Shown piece after piece: positions 43,901 to 55,900 of a stretch of DNA of 64,000 bases. A program made the position numbers and the translations under genes. Positions within the stretch are counted from its first letter, which is position 1. Each line of letters starts with the position of its first letter. The notes below the pieces were generated by a model that saw nothing but the letters and a program-made list of their open reading frames with translations, made no database searches and was not told the DNA's origin. Source of the stretch: Felis catus (lineage: Eukaryota); the NCBI RefSeq assembly GCF_018350175.1, contig NC_058373.1, positions 5,580,001-5,644,000 on the forward strand, written 5' to 3'.

Positions 43901-46900
43901 ACACATCTGAAGAAAACACCTAAGCCAGAAAGTAAGGGCATAGTCACATAAGCAGGTCCTGAGAGATCTTCACAACAGCTACTAGGGATGGGGTGCCCAT
44001 TTAAGGCTGAGCCTCCTGGTGGCCAGGGAGAAAAGGGAAATGAAGTTACCTTGTTCTCACTATCCAAGAGGAGGTACACATAGCGGCCTTTCTGGAGAAA
44101 CTAAGCTTTCTGCCTCACCACTAATGCTAAAGGAAACCCTCAGGTGGGACGTTCCAGCAAAGCTCACGGGACATGGGATGGATAGCAGCCCGCCAGCAAA
44201 CAGGATGACGGAGTTCCCAAGGCTGCTCCTCACAATGGCTCCTGGTGAGGGAAGGTGATGACACAAGGTGGCCAGTGCAGGAACGTGTGTGGCTCTGCAG
44301 CTAGGAGTCTTGTCATACAGCAGAGTCTAAACTGGGGCGGCACTGGGAATTCATGGGGTAAGTCCTGCCTCACGTCTGGTGTCCAAACTCTGGCACTGAG
44401 ACCGCAGGACAGCTATGGTCCGGAGAGGTCAGGGCCTCTCTTTGAACTCTCAAGTCCAGAATCGCCTGAGACTCTAGGTTTTTTGCCTCAAATGCCCAAC
44501 TCCTCATCACTTACCAGCACTCTACACACTGGGAGACCCAAAGAAAGTTTCTAGTCCTAATCCCCCAGTTCTCCCAACCATGAAATTTCCAAACGCAACA
44601 GGGTCCAATCATGCGGCTTGTATCGTGCGGTGATGAGCCTTTAGGAGCCCGACATTTCCACGCTCTGCTCCTAGGAAGTCACGCCGGTAAAGGGACCCCT
44701 CCCACTGGCCAGCAGAGGCCTGCTCCCACTCCCGGGAGGGTGCAAAGTCGCCCAGGTCTGACCTCCAGGTCCAGGCCTGCTCCAGAGGTGCTGCCGCCGC
44801 TGACCTGGAATGGCCTGAGAACGTGCATTTACGAATTGACTCCCAAAGACCATGAAGGATACCACGTAGGTCCCCTGTCGGGCGGCGTAGGCGGCCTGAC
44901 CTTTAGCGGTCCCCTACATTTCATGGGGATAACAAAGAAAATACAACCCCCAGCGGTCTCACGAGGAGTCAGAGAGTCGAGGGCAAACATCTTCCACGTC
45001 CCCTTCATGGTTTTCTGAAAGCAAGGGCTGGCTCAAATTTGCCAACGCTTATCTGCCCTCCCAGGAGGCTCGTTTCCCGCGGGCGGGGCCTGGAAGTCTA
45101 GGCAGGAGGCTGTGCTTGGAATCCGTCCAGAAACAGAAACACCAAAGGTCAGAGATAAGGTTGCCGTCCAGGTGGCAGCTCGGCCCCGCTCCGGCCTGGA
45201 AGGGAGAGGAAATCTGCCAAGGGTCACGTAGACAGAGCGCAGCCAGGCTGGAAGGACAGCCAGGGCGCCAGCTGCTCGAGGACCCGCCGGGCTGCACCTC
45301 CAGTCATGTGGGGAACACGGTCATGGAAATGGCAGACAGAAAATGCCTTGACATGTGGGTGAGGGGCCCCCTATACTATCCATTCCCCTTCTGGGCATTC
45401 TCCTCCTTCGTCCCCCGCCCTGAGCCTCTCACACTCAAAGCCATGGCGTCCTGAAGGCCTTGCTTTCTGACGACCTCCCACTTGCCCTGTGGACTTCGTC
45501 AGGGCTAGTCAGTGGGGCTGCCTCCCCAACTGGGAGCCTCGACGAGACAGAGATGAAGAGGACAGACTCAGGGGCGCCTGGGTGTCTCAGTCAGTTAAGC
45601 GCCCAACTTCGGCTCAGGTCATGATCTCACGGTTTGTGGTTTTGAGCCCCACGTCAGGCCCTGTACTTCCAGCTCGGAGCCTGGAGTCTGCTTCTGATTC
45701 TGGGTCTCCCTGTCTCTGCCCCTCCCCTGCTTGTGCTCTTTCTCTCTCTCTTGAAAATAAATAAAACGCTGGGGGGCCGGTTATATTATTAAGGCCAGAT
45801 TCTTGCCACAAATAGTGTAGTTTTAGCTACAGACTAAAGTCTGCTCTAGTATTAGTAAGGGATATTATTTTAATTTAGGAAAAAAAATTAAAAAGAGAAA
45901 AATAAATAAAACATTTCTGGGGCGCCTGGGCAGCTCAGTCAGTTGAGCGTCCGACTTCGGCTCAGGTCACGATCTCACGGTTCGTGGGTTCGAGCCCCAC
46001 GTCGGGCTCTGTGCTGACAGCTCAGAGCCTGGAGCCTCCTTCGGATTCTGTGTCTCCCTCTCTCTCTGCCCCTCCCCCGCTCACACTCTGTCGCTCTCAA
46101 AAATAAAGAAAAACTTTTTTTTTTAATTGAAAAAAGAAAAAAAAAAAAAAAGTACAGACTCAGGACTCAGAGACCTGGGTGCCAATACTGCCCCTGTCAC
46201 ATAGGAGCCACCTGCCACCAGGATAAGCCACTTAACATCTTGGAGCCTCACTTTCCTTATCTGGAAAATGGGGATAATAACCCCTTTCCTCATAGGGTTG
46301 TTATGAAAAGAAAGGAGACCGTGTGTGTAAATAACAGACATAATAACCCACGTCTACCGAGAGCTTTACTCAGAACAGCCCTGCACACGTTAGCTGAGTG
46401 TTGGCACGGCGTCTGGCACGCGATCAACACCTGAGTGGGTCAAAACCAGAATCCAAAAGCCCTGCAGGAAAATCCAGCCCAGCAAGAGCTGCCAGAGGAG
46501 CAGGGCTGTTTGGGAGAGTTGGGCCTCCCTCGTCCTCGAGGGTAAAAACAACTCACACGGGGTGGTTTCTAACCTAGGTCTGTCGCGGTCACTTGGGGGT
46601 CTCACCAGGGACCAAGGGCTCTGTAACCGGACCGGTGTACGTGTTGCATGCATGAGCTGGTTCCCGCCCAGGTGCCTGGGGTCACCTCCAGAGTCACCGC
46701 ACAGACGTCTGTCTGTGTGGGCCCTGCCTGGGCTTGCCTGTGTGCATGTGTGTGTGCGTGTGTCTGTGCACCCGACCACCAGGCTTGTCCGTGCTTGTGT
46801 GTTCGCTCCGGGCTGCTTTTGGTGTAGAGGTGACTGGCAGGGTGTTTGTGTTCTCCTTTCCCTGGAAGCCTTAACCATACCTCAGGGTCAGCCTTAGCTT

Positions 46901-49900
46901 CCAGGCTGTTCTCTGTGTGGCAAAGAGAGCGTCCCGTGTGCTCTCCTCGGCCGCCTGTGCTACTCAGACATCCTCTGCGTCCTCTACCCAGCGGGCTAGT
47001 CCAGGACGGAGAAAGCTGGGCTGCCTGAGGCTGTGGCCGGTCTCCCCGGACGGGGTGAAACCTCTCCATCTACCCCGGGCAGGCCCGAGCTGGTGGCTTC
47101 TCCAGGACTCCGGGAAGGTAGGATGCTGGAGAGGGCATGCTGGACGGGGCCTGAGGGAACTACCTGCAGGGCCCCCGCTCCCCTACCCCTGGGGCCTGGG
47201 GCTCTCAGCAGGAAGTGATGCTGGAACGACTCAGCCCCCAGCCTCAGCTAGAGTTTCTTCCCTTCCCTGTGACTCAGCCGGAAGCCTGGAGCTCTCTGAG
47301 GTGAGACGGGAACAGGGTTCGGCCCCGTCCCCACCTCCCCACCCAGTCCAGCCAGCGAGCTGCAGCAAGGCCATGACTCAGAGCACCACCCTGTCTTTCT
47401 CTCCACGGTGGCTCCTGGCACCACAGCTGACGCTGACCTGGCCCTAACATCCTGCCCTCCACAGGCCCCGGCAGGATCAGGCCAGGGGACACCAGCTCCT
47501 CTGCGGAGTCAAGAGCCGGGAAGGCGCCCCCCCCCCCCCCCCCCCCCAGTGCAGGGAGGTGGCTGGCTGCCCCTCAGCTCGAGTCACAAAGTCCCCAGAA
47601 AGGGGTCCGGGCTCCGGGCAAGTCTCCGAGAGCCTCCTAAGAGGCTCTGCTGGAGCATCTCCTCCCCAAGATGTCACACTGGACCCTTGGACCCGGTTCC
47701 AGTTGTACCCGCGGGGGCACCACCCCTAGGGCGGGAGCGCTGACTCTGCAGCAAACTGGGGCACGTCCAACGCCCTGGATGCACATCCTCCCTCCCTCCC
47801 TCCCTCCACACCGCCCGGTGCTGTGCCAGGGCTGCCTGATGGACTGGAAATGGAGGGCCCAACCGCTGTCACCAGGCCAGTGCCAGGGCAGAGTCCCCAA
47901 CCAGGGAAGGATTCCTCTCAGCAGGGGAAGAGGCGTTGTGTGCCAAAAGTTCTCCCCATGCTGAGGAACTAAGAAAGAGGTAAGAAGTCAAGGGAACCTA
48001 ACCTAGAAGCATCCCATGTCCCTGGAGCAGGCACTTAGGGAAGCCCACTTCCCAGATGGCCACTGCTGTGGCTTCAAGCGAGTAAGCCAAGAGCTCCTGC
48101 CAGAATCACCAGGTGGCCCCTAGCCCCTCACAGTCGACCCCCCCCCCCGACTCCGCACCCCCCTTGGACCCATCTAGCCACTAGAGCCCTCACCCAGGAC
48201 CTGTCTGAGCTGCCATCACCTGGGGAGCTTGACCTCCGCCAGGACCAAGGTCAGCTCCTCCAGGCCTGGGCTCAGGGACTGGCTCTTCTGGAACACCCCT
48301 CTCGCCTGACTGCTCCAGGGTCCGCCTTCCTCCTTCTGAAGAAGCTGGGACCACCAGGTATAGACAGCCTCAATCTCCCACTGCCGCCCCATCTCCTCAG
48401 AGGCCAAGTCCTGTGTCATCAACCGCTCTGCCGCTCAGAAAGCAGATTTTGTTCCTTCAATATCCCTCCTAAAAATCTTTGTGCCTCCCTCCTCCCTGTC
48501 ACGGCCAAACTCCTGAAGGGAAGAGCCACCCAGTGCTCACCTCCCACTCACCCCTTGACTGGGAGCCAGGCCTCAACCAGCTCCACGCTCGCCAGGGCCC
48601 AGTCATCACCCCGCTGCCAAACCTCAGACACTGAGGGGGCACGGCCTCCGCAGCCCCCCGGCCTCACGGAGGTCCCCTGTTCCCCTGGTGTCAGCCACAC
48701 CGGCCTCAAGGGTCACTTCCTGTCTCCCTCACACTCCTTCTGGGCATCCAAGAGCTAATTTCCTGGAGCACCTACTAAGCATTTCAGACGGATCAGTGCA
48801 TGAGATCCTGGCAAGGCTGTTGTGACGTCGGTCTCACCACCTGTGGCTTTCAGATGAGGGTTACAACTGATGTGACTGGCCCGCGGTCAGCCGGTCACAA
48901 AGAGTGTGGAGCTGGGATTTGAACCTGGGCTAGCAGCTCTAGCGTTTGTGTTCTTAACCTCCCTTCAGCCCCTCCAGGGTTTCCTCTTGAATGTTCCCGT
49001 TCCCTGGGGTCTGCCCTTGGCCTCTAGGTCACACAACCACACCCATCGCTTCAACAACCCGGACGCTGGCAACCCCCAAATCTCTCCACCCAGGGCAGAT
49101 CTTCCTCCAACACGCCAGAGCCCGCTGTGTGGGAGCCCCGCTGTGGGCACCGTCCACCACTGCCCCCTTCCAGACGCACTCTTGGGCCTGGCGTCTTGTA
49201 TCTCTGTGGGCATCACTCACCCAGGGGAAACCCGGGCAGGTTCCTTCCTCCCTCTCCCATGGACATCTGATCCATAATCGAATCCTGCCCATTTTGACTC
49301 CTCAATATTTTCCACATCTATCCCCCTTATGACCCTTGCTCCCATGGTCCTGGATCAGGCCACCACCCTTTCCCACCCAGGACACAGCAGCCCAGCCTCC
49401 ATGCTGCAGCTAGAGGTCTCTCTGGGAACTGTCACTGTCCTGTATAAAGCCCTCAGCTGTGCCCCACTGTCCAAGCCCCTCATCACCAGCCCTCACCACG
49501 TCTCCTTCCCCTGCTGCAACTCAAGGTCCTGTGTCTCCTCTCTCAGCCAGCCCCACCGCCTGGAATGCCCTTCCTGCTCACCAACTCCTTCTCTTCCTGT
49601 GAGACTCAGCCGGGTTTCACCTCCTCTGGGAGGCCTTCCCGAATCCCCCGCTGGGCGAGGGCCCCCTCTCTGTGCCCATCATTTCCTCTTCCCACCTCTC
49701 AAGGCTCCACCGGTCACATCGTTTGCTGATGGGCTTTCTGTGCCGGTCTCCTCCACCAAGTTGAGAGCTTCCTGAGGCTCAGGACGGTCTTAGTCATATT
49801 TGTATCATCTGTCCAGGCAGGTAAGGCCCAAGCTGTTCAATGAACATGCGACTGAACAAATGACTGACAGAATGCTAAGATCCGACTCAGGGTACTCTGG

Positions 49901-52900
49901 TCCAGGGAAAGGCCCTAGATTCAAAGAGGGCAGCCTAGAGGTCCTGAAGCCTCTCGCTCACAGGAGTGCTGTCTGCGAAGCACTTGCCCCTGCTCTGCCC
50001 CCTCCCCAAAGCACTGACCACTCAGTCCTGCAAGCTCAGGGCCCGGACAGAAGTGCGGCGGCTGAAAAGTGCCACAGGGAGGCAAGAGAGAGGTCACAAG
50101 GGCTGCGTAGGGAGCCTCGATGCCCACGTGGGAGCTCTGACTTTCATCACTGACCAGCTGTGCAATCCGAACAGGGACCCGCCGTCTCTGACAGGGAGCC
50201 CTCACCGCAGCTGCTGCAAAGACCACATAAATGCAGCACGTAGAAGTGCCGAGCCCTGCTCCCAGGTTAGGGGGTCACAGTCAGGACTGACCCTACCCGT
50301 GCCCCCAACTCTTCCTACCGTCTTCCTTCCTCCCCACCCCTGCTCTGACTAAACACCCAGCACTCTGGCCACCTCAGACGCCCACTGATGCAGGAAAGAG
50401 GAGACGAGGGCAGGTGGGGCTGCAGCCGCCTGGAGGCAGGAGTCCCTCTGACCAGGTGGCTCCAGCTCAGCCCCGGGTGCATTTCGCTAACTGGAATGCG
50501 GGCCCAGCCTTGCCAGATCTCCAGAAGAGCTGGAAAACTGGATTTTTACTTAAAATGTCCTGAGCTTTATTTTTTTTTTAATTTTTTTTCAACGTTTTTT
50601 ATTTATTTTTGGGACAGAGAGAGACAGAGCATGAACGGGGGAGGGGCCGAGAGAGAGAGAGACACAGAATTGGAAACAGGCTCCAGGCTCTGAGCCATCA
50701 GCCCAGAGCCTGACGCAGGGCTCGAACTCACGGACCGCGAGATCGTGACCTGGCTGAAGTTGGACGCTTAACCGACTGCGCCACCCAGGCGCCCCAAAAT
50801 GTCCTGAGCTTTAAAGATCAGCAACTAATTAAAATTTCCTACAACACTTGGAGGCCAAAGAAAATCTATCTCCAGGCTGGCTCTGGCCTGCTGACCCCCC
50901 CTCCCCCACCAGTTTCCAAACCTGTGTCTCAGATGTTTGCCCCCCCCCCGTCTCCTGCACACAACATTCCTGGCCAGGTGTGCTAAGCGGGCTGTACTTG
51001 CAACTGTGGCCACACCATCAGGGGCTCAGCCCGGGCCCTTGCTCCCATCCAGGGAGTGACCTCAATATATCTCTTTACCAGATGGAAATACATAACCTAT
51101 CAATTATTCCAGGGCTGAGCCTGGGCCATTTTGCTGCTTTTGTACACTTCACAACTGAAGTACTGGAGAGAATGTGGTTCTCGAGTCAGAGAGCTGTGGC
51201 CCAAGGCTTGACCCCAAACCTTTCTAGATGCGTGACCCTGACGACGTGAGTTGGCTTCTCCAGGCCTCAATCCCCTCATACGTGCGAGATGGAACATTAC
51301 CACCTCCAGAGCCCGGCACACAGCGGGTGCTCCGTCCTGGGAGCGTTCATCAGTGGATGAACAAGGCAGGCCAAGAAAGAGGGGGGCTCATTTGGCCCCT
51401 GTTCAAGAGTTATGATAACATGAGGGGTTTCTGTCTACCACCCCCACTGAAAAGCCCTCACCACGGGCCGCCAACCTCTCCGGACCCTACTAAATGTCAA
51501 AATGGTCTTTTCAGAGGACCCATGAGTCAGACCAGAGAGATCCCATGGAGAACAGGTCAGATTCCAGGGGGGCAGAGCCACATGCCTTGGACAAAATACT
51601 TCACCTCTCGGAACCTCAGCTGTCTTATGTTATAAATAGGGATAACATCACCTATTGTGTAGGTGACACAAGAAAACTAAAAGCCCGGTGCCCACAGTAG
51701 CTCTATACTTATTACCTTCCACCTTCTTCTAAGCACTAAACTCTGCAGCATACACACGAGGACGCCAGCTGTGCCACCTGAGGGTGGGGGGTGGTCCTGC
51801 CCCATACTGTGGAGATGGTCACATAGGAGTGGCAGCTAGAAGATGACCAGGGAGACTGCACAGGGCTAGGCAGAGAAAACGCTTGCCTGTGGCTTTGAGA
51901 ATGGCTGGAGATGGAGTAGAGCCTTTACGGGACCTCGGGCGTCTGTCCTAAGACAGCTACCACAGTGTAAGCCACGCTCCATCCTGGACAGACGGGGGCC
52001 CGGACGGGAGGATAGAATGCAAGGAGGAGGGGTGGGGAGGGCTGGGGAGGGTCCGGAAGAAGCTCCTCTACCCACCAACCCCAGGGAGGGCCCCATCAGA
52101 GGCCTCTCGGCCAATCCTGAGATCCTGGGCACCCATGGCGGTGTGGGGGTCGGGCCACGGCCTCTAAGAAGGGGACAAAGGAAAAGAGTGATTGACAACC
52201 TAACCCGAGTCCAGCCTTTTCTCCAGGCTCTGCGTCATCCTGCCTCCCTTGTGTGGAGGATGAACGTGCAGGTGTCTCCAGATGTGCCCCCAAAGTTGTG
52301 CAAGCTTAGAGTTTTGCTGGGCTGGCATACAGGCATTGCAACACTCTGCTGAATGTGGGTTATGCACAGGGCAGCGTGGAAGCGGTGAGGGGCAGGGGGC
52401 AGGGAAAGGTGCGGTCCGGCCCCAGGCAGGGGAGGTGCTTGGGGCAAAGAAGAATTTCAAAGAGCTGAACCAAGACACTTGAAAAGTGCCCCCAATTCAG
52501 CAGGAACCCGCCGGCCCCACACCAGAGGGCAGGATCTGCACTATCCCATCCCCTGGCGAGGGTCTGCGTGTAGGCCGAGCTCGGGGTCAACGAAATTGAT
52601 GCAAATAACCTCACCAAGCAAGGCAGGCAGGGAATTTCCACCAGAGAAGAGAGGCCGCTACCTTCTTCCCGGGGACACAGCACGTGCCAGGCATGGTGCC
52701 AAACGCTTTCCACACGTTATTTCGCGGAACCCTCCCAGAGCCCCGTGAGGAGGGTCCTGCCGTGACTCCCAGCCTGCCCCAGGTGGTGCAGTGAGGAGCC
52801 AGGCCAGGCTTCGAGGCCGGGCTATTAGCGCCCATAGTTGCAGCTCTTTCCACTTGGCTCCGAAGGGCCATGAACACGCCAGGCCACAGGCCACAGCTGA

Positions 52901-55900
52901 AGACAAACGCTCATGTGGAGCTGAGGCCACATCAAGGAGGGAGGCCGGTAACCGGCTGGCAGGACTCTGATAGCAGCCTGCACCGGGGGCTTCTCAGGGC
53001 AGCCATGCCCCTGGGGGTCCGCTCCAGGGTCAGAGGGCAAATGACTGATCTGTGCCAATGCCCAGTTCCTCGGCTCAATGGCGTTTTGTTGAGCGCCGTC
53101 TGCAGGCCTGTGGCTTTATTTATTTCCAATCTGGTTTGGAAACACTGTGTCCAGAGCTTTCCAGACAGGCACTTCTGGGGCAGGAGGAAATTAATAACTC
53201 CTTTTAATTGCCCAAAGAAGGGAACTCAATAAGACTCGTGTGAGCCAAAGGAGAAGGTTTGCTTTGTTCCTTTCCACATGGCCAGGCTGCACTGGCCTTG
53301 CAGCTCACACACCGGGGCCATCATTTCCACTCAGCATCTCTCCTCTTCCGAGCCTTCGGTCTTGGAACTCCAAACCGCAGTTTCCAGCGCAAGAGAACCA
53401 AAATTCCACACCCTCCTCTGAAGCATTCCTTCCACAGAGACAAGTAACTTCCTCTTAAGGCCTCTCTGCTCGTCCAGCTGGCCCTGGAGCCCCCGGTCCT
53501 CCTCCCCCTCCTGACCACTGGATGAGACCACAAATGGGGGATCCCCTCCTTGACAGTCCCAGGAATCCGCTGTAGATCGACAGTAATGAGGGTTCCGTCA
53601 TCAACTGGATGCTCCACTTCTGGAGGTTTTGTTCCAAACCATAGACATAGCCCACTGTCTCTAGGCATCTGGGCCCTCGGGAGCGTGGGTGGGAATTCAG
53701 CAGGAGAGGGCAGGTAGCAGGGGAGGGGGGTGCGGTCTCTACTTCCATGCCTGTCTCCCGGTTCCGTGAAGGAGTCCCCATGGTCACCATGGGCCTACCC
53801 AGGATAGGCACACCGCCAGGAACATCTAACAAGCCCCGGGGGATGAGGCAGGAAACTGCCTACGGCCATGCTCAGAGGGGGAGTCCGTTCAGTCACCGGG
53901 GCATTCCTCTCTGGGGCTTCCATCCCGGGTGGGGTATCAGGGGCCAGGAGGACGTCCAGGGAGGCCAGCGCTCCGAGCTGTGGTGCACATCGGTGGAGTG
54001 TGGATGTGTGCTCACAAATTCAGGTGTAGAGGTGCTGCTAACCTATTCCAGGGCTTTGGAGGGGGGCTAGAAAAAGAGGTCCCCTCGGGCAGACCCAGCC
54101 TCAAGAACACAGCAGGACGTTTTTTTCTCTAGGGTCCGCAGCTTGGAGAGCAGAGTATCGACTGCATATCTAGGCCCTCCGAACTTCTCACGGGGGCACC
54201 TTTGTGCGGTGCGTCTGCGCCAGTCCTAACAGGTGAACCTGCGTCTCAGTCCCCTGGGAGTTCGGACTTTAACATACGGGTGTGTGTGTGTGTCGGGGGG
54301 GGGGGGGGGTGACACAGACATTCCAGACCGGAGCACCGAGTGACCTGCGTAGGGGGTGCTGGTGTGTGACAGGAGCCTGGCAACAGTCAGATTTGTGGAA
54401 GTGGCTCAGGGCTGGGAGCTACGTGGGGAACCACCACCAAGTGTTCTAGCTGCTCTTCAGACACAGATTCTCTCGGTTCCCACTCAGAGCTCACCGATCC
54501 TGCCTCTCAGTTATCCTCTGAGCGGTCCCCGTCCAGTTCCAGAGCTGGACACCAGACCTGCTGCAGTTGATATGACTCTGTGAGCCAGCTCAGGGCCATA
54601 AGCGGAGTCCATCAGAGTATCTGTTCTAAGGGTAAAGGCAATTGTGGCCATAACCCAAAGTGGCAAGGCCGTAGGCCTGGGTCCGGATACACCTGTTTAT
54701 CCTCACTTAACGAGACACAGCACCCAAGGGACTGTGGTCAAACTAACAAACCAGCGCCGCCCCCACCGCAGGCAGTCACCTGCCTCTGTGCAGCGTGTAC
54801 AAGAATGAAACCTGTGCTTAACACTTGACAATAACAACGACTAACACTTACTGAGCGGTTTCTATGTACCAAGCCCTGTCCTGAGGACTTTTCAAACATA
54901 AACGTATTTAAACCTCACGACTGTGAGGTATGTGCTTTATTATTATCCCATTTTAAAGATGAGGAAATCAAGGCCCAGAAAGGTTCAGTAGCTTGCTCAA
55001 GGTCATATGGTTACTAAATGGCCGAGAAGAATTTGAACCCAAGCTATCTCCTGGATACCATCTTGCAATGTTTCAGACAGGGTTACTGAAGGCCAGGAGA
55101 CCCTGACTTAACCTAAGTGCTGACTCTGCTACTCTTCCCTTTTGTACACAGAATGTTTTCAGGGGTGGGGATGCCATAAAGAGAAGAAAGTCTGGTACGC
55201 TTCCAATCTGTAACCTCTAATTTATATGCCTTTTATTCAAATTCTTCCAATGTGACAACAAGTTAAAGGGCTTAGAGAAACAACATTTACTGAGCCCCTA
55301 TAAACCTTGTGCCCACAGAACTCACCTAGTATTACGAAATCTCCAAGATAACCTTGCAAGGTACCTACGACTGTGCCCATTTTGCAGATGACATAACCCG
55401 AGCACAGGAATAAGGGAATTATTTGGCCAATATTAGAAATGAACTTAGAATCCAGGTCCCTCTGATTTCAAAGAGGAGTTGGAGAAGTAGATCCAAGGGG
55501 GTAAGAAGAGGGAACAGCCATGGCTGGCAAGGGAGGGGGCCACTGAAGCAGGCGTGAGCACCAGGTGTGGGACCCCACCAATGAGGATGGTACTCCCAGA
55601 GCACTCCAAGGAGGAGTCTCTCCCTGGGTTTGGGTATCTCAGAGCTGACCCCATCCCTGGGGTCGCTCCCAGGCCCCCGGAAGGGTTCCCACCCTGTTGG
55701 GGCCGGGACTCCCGTCCCGCCGCAGCTGAGGAGTCCTGCTGCGACTTGCTGGGAATACCAGAACCCCAGTGTTTATGGGGCGGCAAGTACGGCCCCCTCC
55801 ACCCCGCGACGCCCTCGGGGGCGGCCCAGCGGCTGGCTCTGGTCAGCATCAAAGACAAGCAGATGGGCAGGCGGACCAGCGGGTAGCCAGCACCGGGCGA

